64,000 nt of DNA, from the NCBI GenBank assembly GCA_964188305.1, contig OZ076896.1; one strand, 5' to 3'. Position 1 is the first letter of the stretch. Every line of letters starts with the position of its first letter. Source of the stretch: Podarcis bocagei. Taxonomy: Eukaryota. The translations under genes were made by a program, and so were the position numbers. A model generated the notes under the pieces. The model was not told the origin of the DNA, made no database searches, and was given only the letters and a program-made list of their open reading frames with translations. This document shows positions 38,475 through 51,872 of this stretch, one piece after another.

Positions 38475-40767
38475 CTTCTTCAGCATAGTGTCTTTAAGAG
38501 ATAGTGATACAAAAGGAAAACCAAGTGACAACTTGTTCTTGTTTCCACCTCATCTGAACAGCAATTTAAAAATAACTGCTGCTTGAAACTGTCCTTGAAT
38601 CTCCAAGCAGTGCAGATGTGGAAGTCCTATGTCAGATTAAAAACAAAGATGCATATGAACAGGAAGTTGCAATGCAGAGATATTATCCAAAGCCACTCTC
38701 TGGTGGGGGAAGGTCAGAGAATAATTTAATGATAAATGTACCTAGAACCCCCAAAAGTTGAGGTCAACCAAACTCAACCACGTATTAAAATGTAACTGGG
38801 GAACAAACAGAAGGGAAGGTGAAAGAGGAAATTAGGAGTCCATTAAGAAGAGAAAACCTACATTGTGATTTTAGTCAAGAATTAAGCCCGCAATTTGGGA
38901 AATGAAAACACCATGCAAACAACAGGGCGCGTCCTGTCAATTTCAGGTACACAATTGTGTGTTTTACATTTATGACTAATACAGCTCTGCGATGCTATTT
39001 TTAAAGCTTTGCATCAGGTCCATCACTTAAAACATCATGTCACCTGTAACAAGATAGAAATCTACAATAAAAATCAAGACACCACACTCACAAAAGACTC
39101 TACTTCACTCATACTATGTGGCACAGCACAACATCCACCCATGTGGAAAGACAAATGCTAGATGTAACCCACCCACAAAAAAAACAAGCATGGAGGCAGG
39201 TTTACTGAAGGAGGCTTTTCGTACCATCTAAAAAGGTCCCGTTAAAACTGGACTTAAGACAAGAACTCGGAGAAACTGAACATCTACCTCTGTTTCAGAG
39301 GCAATAGGCAGCTGTGCTGCTCTCACCATTCAGAGCACTTCTTTGTGGCACTGCCTCAGGGTCTATTTGCTGGAATTGATTTCTTCCTTCAAAAATTTAA
39401 AATTGCTCTCCTGTTTCCATCAGCCAGAAAGACCCTGAAGAAAAAAATTTCCAGTCAGAACATTTTACCCCAGAATCAGTAGTGAGGCTCGGCCTAGTCC
39501 ATCATTAAAGTGCTCTCCAAAATGCCAATTTCTCCTCACACCACTAAGTTTTGTCTGACTCTTATCTGCCACATTCCACGGAAATAACTCTATTCTGGAA
39601 GGTACCTGAGCTTTGGGCTCATGCACTAAAACTGATGGTAGCCACCATTAGAGATTTCACGAACAAGAAAATGCCCCTTATGAAGTCCTAGGGACATTAG
39701 CAGTACAAGCAAATAGCAAATTATGAGGTCATAAAGATCTGATTGCCCACACACAATAGTAACAGAACAGATGTTATCAAAAAGATTCCCGAAGAACATT
39801 TTCCAGAGACAGACGCCACCACCTGCTGCTCTTAACCTTTTTCAAGAAAAACACTTACCTCTATAGTGCCAGAGATACTTTCAAGCAGAATTCTTACATA
39901 AACATATGCCCGGACATGGCATCATATAAATTGCAACTAGGATTAAATTTCATCAAATCTGCTCTGAAGCAGGAAAATTTAATGAAACCCCTTCAATGAT
40001 ATAGTACTATATCTTCCAGTGTTTTGATTATGCAACAGCCAAATAGTTTATTGTGATGATGATTCTAATAGTAGTAGCAGCAGTAATTATTATTTCTTCA
40101 GTGGTCACAAGATATAGAAATAAAGTGCAAGGTTGAGAAAAAGGCAAATGTCTGCTTCTGAGAAAGCAAAGATGCTCTACTGTTAGGGGACCATGAATAT
40201 TAATGTAAGGTCATATGCAACCTCACACCCAAAATCTCATCTCTCAAAGCCTCAGCATATAAGTCAAAAGCCATCAATATAAATGTTTTTAATATCTCTG
40301 CCAAAAGTAGGGAAAAAACACCTGAATAAGAGCTAATGTATTTAAACTCGAAAATGATGCCCACAGAGAAAGAAAGAATGAAGTCCAAACTTGAGCAGGT
40401 TTCTCATGCAAATTGTACAAGGGAAAATGAAGCAACATTACAAAATCTGTTCAACTACATGTATTTCCATACATTAACATGTACGCAAAACAAGAGACTA
40501 ATGGCCAAAAAAAAAGAACCGCCATGACAACACTCCTTCATGGAACTGAGCTGAGGCCTAAAGGCTTTCATATGCACACCCCACACTATTTTGCCCAATC
40601 ACACTGCAAATATGATACACAATTCAGGTGATGAGATTGGGCTTTTGAGCATTGACAGCAATATTATAACCAATATTCATATACTACTTACATTCATATA
40701 ATATATGAATTTAAGTCCTAAATGGCATAGGATCTAAATATTTGATGGGCTGTCTGCTCCCATATAA

Positions 40768-41131
40768 GGGACGCGGGTGGCGCTGTGGTCTAAACCACAG
40801 AACCTAGGGCTTGCTGATCAGAAGGTCGGTGGTTCAAATCCCTGCGACGGGGTGAGCTCCCGTTGCTCGGTCCCAGTTCCTGCCAACCTAGCAGTTCGAA
40901 AGCACGTCAAAGTGCAAGTAGATAAATAGGTACCTCTCCGGCGGGAAGGTAAACAGTGTTGCCGTGTGCTGCTCTGGTTCGCCAGAAGCGGCTTAGTCAT
41001 GCTGGCCACATGACCCGAAAAACTGTCTGCAGACAAATGTCGGCTCCCTCGACCAGTAAAGCAAGATGAGCGCTGCAACCCCAGAGTCGTCTGCGACTGG
41101 ACCTAACAGTCAGGGGTCCCTTTACCTTTAC
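40768..41131 (+). mobile_element. Sauria SINE, full length
   Basis: About 15-bp TSD CTGCTCCCATATAAG. Confidence 0.94.
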
Positions 41132-41414
41132 CTGCTCCCATATAAGATTTCCTGAAAATGACAATCAGGTGAGTATGCCCTCTTAATGGTGCTAAATTTG
41201 CATTATGAACCAAGAGTGTGAGTGTGTGTTTTCAGCACCTTTTTGGGGAATGTTCTCTCCTCACAGATCTGACAAGTGTCAACCCTGGCGGGTTTTTGGT
41301 GCCAGTTAAAAACCATTTTTATCCACTCAGGTTTTGGGCAGAACTAGTTGTGGGGGTAGGCAGCTTTTCCCTGCTGGAATCACTGGTATGTGATATGTGA
41401 TTATGGGTTTATGT

Positions 41415-41550
41415 CAGGCATAGACAAACTTGGCCCTCCAGATGTTTTGGGACTACAGCTCCCATCACCCCTAGCTAACAGGACCAGTGGTCAGGGATGA
41501 TGGGAATTGTAGTCTCAAAACATCCGGTAGGCCGAGTTTGTCTATGCCTG
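41415..41550. mobile_element. Palindromic hAT MITE (136 bp)
   Basis: TIR CAGGCATAGACAAACT; 8-bp TSD GTTTATGT; degenerate relatives near 5375 and 45705. Confidence 0.9.
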
Positions 41551-42593
41551 GTTTATGTTATTTATTCTTGGTATTTTGCATTTGTTTTTATACATTGTGC
41601 CCTACTTTGGGATGGTTTTAATAAACAGTGGGCTAAATTGCCAAAACAAACTATTTAAATATCTCATATATCTCATCAATCACTTTATATTCCTGTGCAT
41701 ACCATCTTCATGTTTTATGATATAGCAGTATATACTTTCATATTTAAAAAAACATTCTCCATTTAATCCTTTATGTCCAACCATTTTCTATAATCCCAGT
41801 AAAAGCAGAAGCACTTTGCACTCAAAACTCTAAATTCTCATCTACTTCATAACTTACTCCAAAAGCCATCCTGCATCTCTGCCAGTTCCACAAATACTTC
41901 AAGATCCATGATGCTGTACCCACTGATGACAAAAGTGCATGCAAATCTGCCATTTTTTTTAACTTCACAGAAAATTTATACCACAATGCTACATGCTCTG
42001 GTGGATTTTACAAGGGAAAATGTAGCAGCACTAAAAATGCCGCTCCATTATATGAAGCAATCACAATAATTATTTAAATGAAAGCATCCATTTAAAGGTG
42101 ACAATATTGCACAGCATAGGTACACTTCAATAGTTTTATTTAAGTTTGTTTCTTCAAACAAATTTTAATTAGGCTAAGGTTACCTTTATTTTTTTACATC
42201 TGTTTGTATTTACTGCTCATAACTATTCTAAATAAGATTTGGTGTCCAACCTTACCACTACACTCACAAGCAATAAATACTTTCGGCTCAATTTAATCTC
42301 TCAACTACCAACTGAGTCACTGAGACAGAGTCAGAACAAGCAACTATGAGTCCGTGGCGCCAGCGCTCTAGACCCCAATCCTGTTAAATTCACCTTTTCC
42401 TTTGTTGCTCTCATTTTTCTCAAACATCCTCCCCTCCCTGCTAACAATCTTAAGAGCAACTCTGTTCTGATCAGATCCCTAAATTCTGAAGTCACTGGGT
42501 TTTTGTTTTCCTCTATGTAGCCACAAACTGATTTTGTGACCCCCCACATTCTCAACATGTTCCTGAACTGACTTCATCACTCACTTCTCTCAG

Positions 42594-42594
<1 letters not shown>

Positions 42595-42638
<44 letters not shown>
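42595..42638. repeat. (CA)n microsatellite
   Basis: Direct reading. Confidence 0.95.
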
Positions 42639-42642
<4 letters not shown>

Positions 42643-45014
42643 GACACATACGTACGTGTTCGAAACTCCCATTGTTCTAGGCGCATTTTGCAACAGGGAA
42701 CTTCATTAGGGTGAGCAGTTTTTTAGTTCTGGGTGCAGTACTGCGACTAATTCAGATTAAAATTGCAGAGTGGAAGGAAAAGTGGGCCTTTTTCTGCCTC
42801 CCCACTTCCAGCTGCTCTCTGAAGACTGGGGAAGAGACCCTCTTAAGAATATTAGAGGGGTGGGCAGGGGAAGGACTAGACCATGTGAAAAATGATTGTA
42901 ATATTTTAGCAGCAATTCATTCATTTTCAGCTTTGTATTCTTGTTATTAAAAAAAGTGTGCCTGGACATTCTGTTGTTGCATCCATAACCTAGATTTAAG
43001 GAGCCATTTAGCTCCTAGCTTTCATATCTCTGTTTCTAATACTGCACAAACACTCATGGTTGGTGAACATATGCTGCTGTCCCTATTCTTTCAACTATTT
43101 TCCTTATTAGGCAGTATAAAATAAAGCATAGTATTTTTCATAGCACAGGTGGTTCTCTTAAACTAGTATATTGTCTTGCTGCTGACCTAATGCCATAAAA
43201 CACAAGGTGAGGACTCCGAGCAAACCCAATGAAATCAGTTCACTTAACTATACCGATTTCAATGTCACTACACAAAGTACGTAGGTTACATATCATATCA
43301 CAGCTTGGGTGATAACCTATGGGGGGAAAAACTACTAATGGCAGCAAATGGCAATACATTAAAGTCCGGTTGATTTTCAAAGTTATGTAAGGACTCTCTT
43401 GCAACCTGAAGAGGCAGAACACACCCCCCAAAATGGCAAGATCTATAGGTAACCTGTAAGAAACTGAGTATGTCACAAGCTGTATGTCATCTACCACAAC
43501 CACCATGTATAAATATCAGCTAAATAAACAAGCATGAGCCTGAAAAAGATTTATTTATCAGCTGAATTCAACAGTAAAAATATTTCCTGAAAAATCACAA
43601 CAAAAAGCCTACAAACAGTATCTGACTACACACAAGTCTGGAAGGGGTAAAGCAAAGAGAGGCACTAGAAGAAATCTGATTAAAATTAAAGATAGCACAG
43701 ACCTCTGCCTGCTCTCTCCTGACGAGTTATGACAGTTCCTAGACTTTTTGACCTTTGCTGCATTTATTTATTGTAGTACAGTGGCCAAGAGCATAAATTA
43801 TGAAATGAAGGTTCTTGATTTCAAGCTCAAGTTTTTAGTACGGAATAATAAAGTTGTGCAAGCTTAAAAGACCGTTGTAAGAAATGGTTAAAAATGATAT
43901 TGGAAGTACTTTCAGCACACTGAGTAAAAGTTAGTTGAATACAATCCAGTGTACACCCACTGAAATTAATGGACCTAAGTTAGTCATGGTCATTAATTTC
44001 AATGGGTGTACTCTGGGTAAAAGTTAACTTAATATAACTTTTTATATTTCTATAGTACACTGCAGTAAATTTTACCCTTCTTAAGAAGTCAGAAACATGT
44101 ACCAAATTTTAAGCCAAACCTTTACAGAATCTTGAAGCCTATATTTTCCAACATCTTTTTAAAATGTCCTAAGCACTTTTCTTCAAATGTATCAAGGATT
44201 TCTGCAAATATTACAATTGTGGTAGAAGAATCAATAGGTGACATTCAAAGGTGTTTCCCACTTGTGGAATTAATATCCACTCACCTAATGGGACTTCTTT
44301 CCCCTGCAGCCCCAAAATTTGGTCTTGAACTGGCTCCCACTCTCAGACAAAAGACTCAGAGGACTCTCAACTCAGGAAATCCCAAAGGATTTATTGATAA
44401 TTCAGCACACAGTCTCAGTATCAGCTCAAGTACAGAATACATCGTTCATGAGAGTTCTAGGATCATGGCTAGGCATAAGCAGGCACCATCACAGGACCGG
44501 TCGGTTATGTGGTTCTCATCCCCAGCAAAAACCTTGCAAGGAAGCACTCCTACAAGGGGAGCTGCTGGGTCTGTTCAGATGGTGGCATGTCTTTTGTGAT
44601 GGGTACAGAGTCCAACTCCCTACCTCTAACTCAGCTGGCTTGGCCGAATGGCTACCTGCCTCCTTGGCTACCCTGGAAACTTTGTGCTCAGGAGACTGAA
44701 TAGGAACTGACCCAACAGACTCCTGCTCCCTTACAGAAGAATTCAGAAGCAGTGCCACACGACCCTCTTCTCCATCACTACTGGAAACTTCCCCACCCCC
44801 AGTTGAGGCTCTTGTCCTCTGACAGATCCTGCCATGCCTACCCTTGTCCTGGCTGTGGCCCATGACAGCTCCGAAGGTTGAGTTGAAAGACCCATGGCTG
44901 CAGATAAAGAAAGCCCTGCTGAATGCACTTGTGGCACTGGATAATCACCTAGTACCTACACCAGGTAATCAGACCATGGGTTTTTATCTAGCACAGATAT
45001 GCAAGAAAGATATA

Positions 45015-45254
45015 CAGTGGGACCTCGGGTTACATACGCTTAAGGTTACATATGCTTCAAGTTAGACTCCGCTAACCCAGAAATAGTGCTTCAGGTTAAG
45101 AACTTTGCTTCAGGGTGAGAACAGAAATCATGCTCTGGCGGCGCGGCGGCAGCAGGAGGCCCCATTAGCTAAAGTGGTGCTTCAGGTTAAGAACCGTTTC
45201 AGGTTAAGAATGGACCTCCGGAACGAATTAAGTACTTAACCCGAGATACCACTG
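45015..45254 (+). mobile_element. MITE family A
   Basis: TA TSD and TIRs. Confidence 0.88.
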
Positions 45255-45286
45255 TAACCGCATTGTCTGTTCCAAAATTAAGTTTA

Positions 45287-45530
45287 CAGTCATACCTCGG
45301 GTTGAAGTTTCTTCAGGTTGAGCGCTTTCGGGTCGCGCTCCATGGCGACCCGGAAGTAACGGAACATATTACTTCCAGGTTTCACCGCTCGTGCATACAC
45401 AGACGGTCAAAATGACGTCACGTGCATGCGCGAAAGTGGCGAATCGCGACTCGCACACACGGGTTGTGTTTACTTCAGGATGCGAACGGGGCTTCAGAAC
45501 GGATCCTGTTCGTATCCAGAGGTACCACTG
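45287..45530 (+). mobile_element. Tigger-like MITE related to family A, different CpG-rich interior
   Basis: TA-flanked; CAGTCATACCTC ... GAGGTACCACTG. Confidence 0.8.
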
Positions 45531-47589
45531 TACATGCATTTTTAACACCACCCATAGCCTCCTCATCAACATTATATCCAAGAAGACAGTTCTGATGTTT
45601 ATACAAACAATTCTGTAAGACAGGCAACACCTAAATTGCAACCTTTGCAAACTAACCAGACGTTCTATGGTGACAACCCATAACCCTCTGAAATGCTCTA
45701 CATCAGCCTCAACCTGGTGCCCTTCTGATGGTTTGGATACAACTCCCTTTGGCTCCAGCCATCCTATTTAGGACTAATGGGGGTTGTGCTTCAAACATCT
45801 GGAGTGCATCAAGTTGGCATGCAACCCTCTTGAGACCTATCAAAAATTACCTCGGACGTTCGTAAGCAGAAGGTAAGGCGGCTGTACAATCTTTGCTGAG
45901 CCTCAAAGTATTTATTGCTGAGCAATAAATACTTAAGCCGTACTTGGGCTAGACCACTCATTGCCTCTTCTCCCCCACTCAAGTATTATTGGTTACGGTT
46001 GCCATACCGAATGAGACTATCAAAAATGCTGATCTCATGGCAAAACAAAGCATGTGAAGAACTTCCATAGTCTAGAAAAGAGCAATTCAGAGTCTCCATG
46101 ACACTATTGGCAAACTATTGGTATTATTATTAGAAGCTGCACAAACACCACTTCCAGTTCCATTTCCTTCCAATTCCTCAGGTTAGAAAAGAGAAAGGGG
46201 TCATGACCACAGGTTTCATAGCCCTGCTTTGCTGAACGCAGGGCAGTACTATCAGGGCTACCCCTACGGCTGCAATCCCAGTACTAGTGGCCCTTATGAC
46301 AGCAACGGAGATATCTGCTGTAACTATTACCACAGACAACTAGGCAATTACAAAGTTTCAGTGTTATTCACTTCTGTACAAACTTGCACACAACATACTA
46401 ATTTAAAACACCACATTTCTGAACTAGATAAGATACCTATAATATTAATAAAGAGGTATTCCTAGTGTTTCTTCTTGAAATGAGCTAGAGTTCAACCCCA
46501 AAAAAGCATCAAACTGCAAATTCTGAAACACTACAGTAATCAATTCTTTCACCTAGTTTATTTGCTACCAATATTGTTGTTCAATATTGAGAAACACTGA
46601 AGTATATCAAGACATTATGCTACACAGATACTATGCAATAGTATAATACACAGTACACAGTATAGTATAGTACAGAGATACTATGCAATACTAAGACATT
46701 TCCAACCATAAGCAGTGTCAGCTTTTTTAAAAAAAAAAGAGAGAGAATAAATTATGTTTTGCTTAACCCTACTGCTCAGTGCTTCTGTGACTATTTCACA
46801 GCAGATTAAAAAGGCATTGTCATGGTTACCTTTCTTAGCTAGAGGTGTATCTATCACCTTCATTGTAGAGCTTTCAGCAGATGCTGAAGACACACCTCTT
46901 TACTTTGGTCTTTGACATCCTTTATTTATTTATTTAAACTGTGTTGGTTCATTATTTTAATGATATTGTCTGATACTAAATTGTATGACTATATTGTTGT
47001 AACTCGCCATGAGACATTATGGTGAGGGCTACGTAAGTAATCCTATAAATAAATATGTATTTAAGTGTCTGGTTATTAGAGCAGTTTTTCAAGCAAAGCA
47101 TAAGCTTTGAGATGAGATATAGATGGTACTTTGTTTTCTCAATGTTGCCCTATTGCTAAATCCTCAAATGTATTTCTTTTTAAAAAACAAACTATGGCTT
47201 TAGACTTGGCATATCAAAAAATGCAAACATAAATGAAATGACACTGCTTTGGGGGTTATCTATAACTTTTCTTCCTCCCACCCAAGCTTCCTATTCTAAT
47301 TTCTTCATAAATCATGAACTATCCTATTTTTATGGGTTAAATTTGCTTTATTTTTATTTCATAAAATGTATACACTGTAAATAAGAAAACCTCATCTCTA
47401 TTTACAAAAAAGGATAAAACATTAACTAAAAATTAATTTACTGCAACTATACCACCTTGATTTTGTAATTTTAGCAAGTCCTGTAATATCTCTCTGAAAC
47501 GGAATAGTTTCGTTTTTAAAAAAATCAAAACAATAGTAGAACTTTTAACATTCTGCGTATTCTCATGCATTAAGAAAGAAAGCATTTAC

Positions 47590-47657
47590 CTTGGCTGTTT
47601 ACTCAGTTCTATGACAGTCTTGTGTGGCAAAGAGTCCTGTGTAGACTGCGCATCATC
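47590..47657 (-). CDS. MAN2A1: MAN2A1 exon 12 (68 nt)
   Basis: GGAAG|GAT...CAAG|GTAAAT; DDAQSTQDSLPHKTVIELSKQPR; ends in phase 2. Confidence 0.93.
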
Positions 47658-49258
47658 CTTCCAATGGGAAAAATGTTGAGGTTACTTGCAGATACAACAC
47701 AGAGCATAAGAAGAAAAGTCTATTTGAAAATTCACCAAGGCTGCAACCCTGTACCCACTTATCTGGCAGTAAGTCTCATGGAACCCAGTGGATAGGACTG
47801 TGCTGCTGAACAGAGTTGAGCCTACCATGACACAGAACTCATGGAGTCATTCGAATCCCATTCACTTTATTTTTAAGGAAGTATACTGATCCCTCTTTAA
47901 TTTTAAATGTTTTGAGGGTGGCTTATAAAATTTAGTAATAAAATCAAATCCACCAATAAAATGGCTTGGGATCCAAATATATGAATGAGTGCCTCTTTCC
48001 ATACTAATTCTCCTATGCTTTGAGACCTTCAGGGACCTCCTTATTTCAGAAGGCATCAGTCAATATGGAAGGCTACTTCAGTGGCAACGTCCTGGGCCTT
48101 TGGAACATCCTCCCCAATATTGCAAATCTTCTGGTGCCATGTAAAATCCTTGTTTACTGACCCAGGTGTTTCAAATCCATTGCAAATTAATTTTATGCAC
48201 TGCACTTTATACTTTCGTTTTTGTATTACCATGACTGATGGTCCACTGCCCTCAAATTCTAAGGGTGCGGAAAAAATGTTTAAGCCACCACCACAAGATA
48301 AAGCAGATAAAAGGAAGCACTGAAGTGATCTCAGCAAGAATTAACAGGTAGCAAGCCACACACCACTGAGAGAGCCTCTCCCCATCACTATCTGCCTCAA
48401 CCTCAGATGACGAAGACACCTGGAAGAAGGGACCTGAAGTAGGTATCAGTGCACAAATAGTTCAAGTTGAAGTAAATGATTGCTCTAGGCAACTCAGCTC
48501 CCCAGTCTGGGAATTTGGAACTCTTTAATCATGCAAATTATACAAGATGTGATTTGTTATGCTTTCATGCTACAGTTTCATACAGTCAAGCTATTTTAAA
48601 CTCAAATAAGAAATAACCATAACATTACTTGGGGGGGGGGGTTCATTTTTGTTCACTATTTAACTATTTGAGAAGCCAACTGGCAATTGTTATAACCAGT
48701 CACAGTACCTACCATGTTGCAAGCACAGTCAGTTTAGGTGTAACATTCACTGTACTACTGTACTACAACTTAACTTGGTCACCCAGTATAATTGTATTAT
48801 ACAGTACCTTGTAAACAATGTAGGCATCTAACAGTGTCCGTTCACTCAAAGAATGAATTTGTCAATGAAACAGGATGGGGAGGGATGCCATTTTCAGCAA
48901 TTTTCCCTCCCCCTGCAACTCCCCTAAATCTGCTCAGGGGGTTTGAAAGGAACACTGAAAATTATCTCCCTTCTCCCATGCCACTGACATTCTTTTCATC
49001 AAGAGGACACCATTGAACACCGCGTAAAGTAAATGGCTAATAAGTTCACCAGCAAAATTTAGCACATTCCTTCTCCCAAACTTTTTCTTTATGGTATGAT
49101 TACAAAAAAATGTTGTCCAGGCTGCATTAGGTGCCAGGTGAGGTGCATAATGCAGCCAACCATTTCATGCTAAGAACCTAAAACAAGACTGGCCTATTCA
49201 CCAACACAACTGTGGCCCCCTGCAAAGAATTTCTTCATGATTATTGCCATAAACTCAC

Positions 49259-49373
49259 CATTGTAAGAAATGGGGTTGATGGGTTGTAACGATACGTTTC
49301 TTGGTCCTTTAGAATAAGAACGTGAGCAGAATCACTGATAATTTTCTTCACGTTTATTAACGAATGGAATAGC
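49259..49373 (-). CDS. MAN2A1: MAN2A1 exon 11 (115 nt)
   Basis: TCACAG|GC...ATG|GTGAGT; LFHSLINVKKIISDSAHVLILKDQETYRYNPSTPFLTM (not in ORF track). Confidence 0.95.
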
Positions 49374-49604
49374 CTGTGAACAAAATAAATACTGCAGCTG
49401 TGGGAGGTTGGATTCAAGCATTCTTTATGTTAAAGGGCTACCAAAAAAGCAGCAATTACTAAGTGTTGACTAACACAAAGCTATTAATATGCTTACTTAA
49501 ATATAAAATCAAGAGAAGTTTGTCCAAAATAGGAGACCAAATAATCAGATCTCCCCTCAAGCCAAGAAATAGCCCAGAGGCAGTATGAAATGCGTGACAC
49601 TTAC

Positions 49605-49790
49605 CTAGTGCCATAATCCACAACAACCCAGTCTTTAGCTGTTCCTGTGATAGCATCATGATGTTGAAAAAGTCCCAAGTTTCTTCTCGCCTCTGTTAGT
49701 AATTTGTAGTGGTCCACCAAAGGAAATACTTTCATTTTCTCGTTTTTTTTAGACTGTACCAGAGCCAAGGAGTAAAGAATTTCAGCAGCC
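49605..49790 (-). CDS. MAN2A1: MAN2A1 exon 10 (186 nt), Zn-ligand His motif
   Basis: TTTCAG|GG...CTAG|GTAAGT; [10 protein letters not shown]...[29 protein letters not shown]. Confidence 0.97.
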
Positions 49791-50825
49791 CTGAAACAAA
49801 AAAATATAATTTTTTTTAAAAAAATGTTTATAATATTTGTATACCAACCTTTCAACATAAAGGTTCCCCAAGAGGTTTCCATAATACAACTGAACAAGAC
49901 TTACAACATCCTATTATTCACTTCAGCATTAGGTCAATGAGAAGCTACTTTCTTTCAAGGGTCTGAAACACAAGGCTAACAAAGCCTTAAGTATAAAAAC
50001 TTGTTTATGTTTAGAACTAATTAAAATACACCTAGCATCTATTGCAAGTTCTGGTTCTGTTTTCCTCAAGCACATTTTATAAGTTGTCAAGTGATCAAGT
50101 CTTCGCTAACTTTCTCTTAAGCTACTTTCTGCTATACGCAAAGCCATTAGAGCAGACCGTTTTGGGAAAGGGATTAAACTGGACCCAGTGGTATGTACAA
50201 AGACACACACCTGACCATTCAATACCGTCTTCATCAGCAGTATGTCATGCAAACTAAGAAATCCCTAGCTAGCTCTCGGGGGTAAGGCAACAAGAAAGCA
50301 ACCTAACTCGCTTCTAACATCAAATTATCTTTGCACAATAGGGTCCACCATTGACTACAGAGCTAAGTATTCATACAAGTTGTTTTTAACTATTTGAAAG
50401 AACCCTCTTTGGTGTGGTGTGCCATTTTCCCACTCCACCTACATTTCCTTTCCCAAGAAGAACTCAAAGTACAAGAAATGCTAGAAAACTCCAAACGTAT
50501 CAAACACATTTGCTGAAATATGGGAGGATATAAACAGGAGATGTGTAACTCCCCGAACACACAAACACCAGTGTTCACAGGCAAATGGAAGCACCAACCT
50601 TTCTTTCCAACCACCCTAGCACTTCCTTCCAAAAAAAGGGTTGCAAGACCAATCATGCCGGTCAATCTGGCCCTTTAGCTAGAGGACTAACCCAGCACAC
50701 CTAGTCCCACAATGGATTGTTCAGGAAAACAGGCACAAGATCAGTACAACTGGCAGTAACCCCACGTTTGAAGTAGTGCAAACTAACTCAACCCCCTGCC
50801 CAAAAAAGCCAGTGACCCTACTTAC

Positions 50826-51028
50826 CTTAAATATGACTCTAGAATCCTATCTAGGCGTTTGTAGAAGGGGCGTGAAGTAAAATATCCACTCCAGTAATGA
50901 TTATCTCTGTCTGCATATGTGAAGAAATCGCCACTCAGAACAGGAAACACTGAATTACTGTTCTTTTCATCCAAATTACTAGCTTTACGGAGAGCCTCAA
51001 AATAATCTGACAAAGTCCCAAACTGAGC
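50826..51028 (-). CDS. MAN2A1: MAN2A1 exon 9 (203 nt)
   Basis: CTTCAG|GCT...TAAG|GTAAGT; [10 protein letters not shown]...[30 protein letters not shown]. Confidence 0.97.
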
Positions 51029-51694
51029 CTGAAGCAAATTAAAATATGGTATATAAGTTCTTTACACTGCGTTCAGTCGAAGCACATTCTGTTCTTGGAG
51101 ACTGACGTTTTTGGCAGGCATCTGCTGTTCCGTTTCAGTACTGAAGCTCACGTTGCTTCCATTAGCTCTGGAATGGAACCTACCTTCATCCTTTCTCCAC
51201 CCCACCCCACCTTCTCTGAATACATAAATCATGAATCTTCAAGTCTGAGAATTTATAGAGAGAGTCTAAGAATTATGTGTTCATGCGTACAGTAAGCCAG
51301 CAAATTACATGGGAGTTACGTCCCAGGGTTCACGACTGGTCAAAACTGTGTATAGTCAAAACATGCTGAGTGCCATGGCGGGTGGGACTGCCAAATACTC
51401 ACACACACACACACCTGCCCCCACCCGTTTTACATGTCAAGCATGTAAAGTCACCTGAATACGACTTAGTTGTATATCACCCACATATTCTTAAAACATG
51501 TGTAGGAATATGTTTACTATGAAGTATATTCCTCTGTGTTCAAGGTGGCTTACTGCACCTGGATTCATTCTAGAGTTCTTTCTATCACTGAGAATGCATA
51601 ACCAACCAGCAAATAAGCAAAACTGAAGTTTAAATGAACCGTGAAGGAAATGAAATCCATTTAACAACTGACTTATAGTAGGACTGTACCTTAC

Positions 51695-51872
51695 CTTAAC
51701 ATGGAACTCTGGGTGAGAATTCATGTAATCAAAAAGCTTCTGATAATTTTGATACTGCTGATCCCATTCTGAACTCTCAGTGTAGCGGAAATCATCTCCC
51801 AGTGGAGCCAACAAAACTTTGGTGCGGAAAAGCTTCGATTTCTTTCTATACTGATCTAAAATTATCCATGCC
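51695..51872 (-). CDS. MAN2A1: MAN2A1 exon 8 (178 nt), acid/base Asp motif
   Basis: CCCCAAG|GG...TAAG|GTAAGG; [30 protein letters not shown]...EFHVK. Confidence 0.97.

Noticed and set aside
44132-44863. Overlapping 115-155 aa ORFs / LTR call
   Set aside because: No recognisable domain. It looks LTR-like (ends CTGACA, minus-strand AATAAA), but no matching TSD was found, so it was left uncalled.
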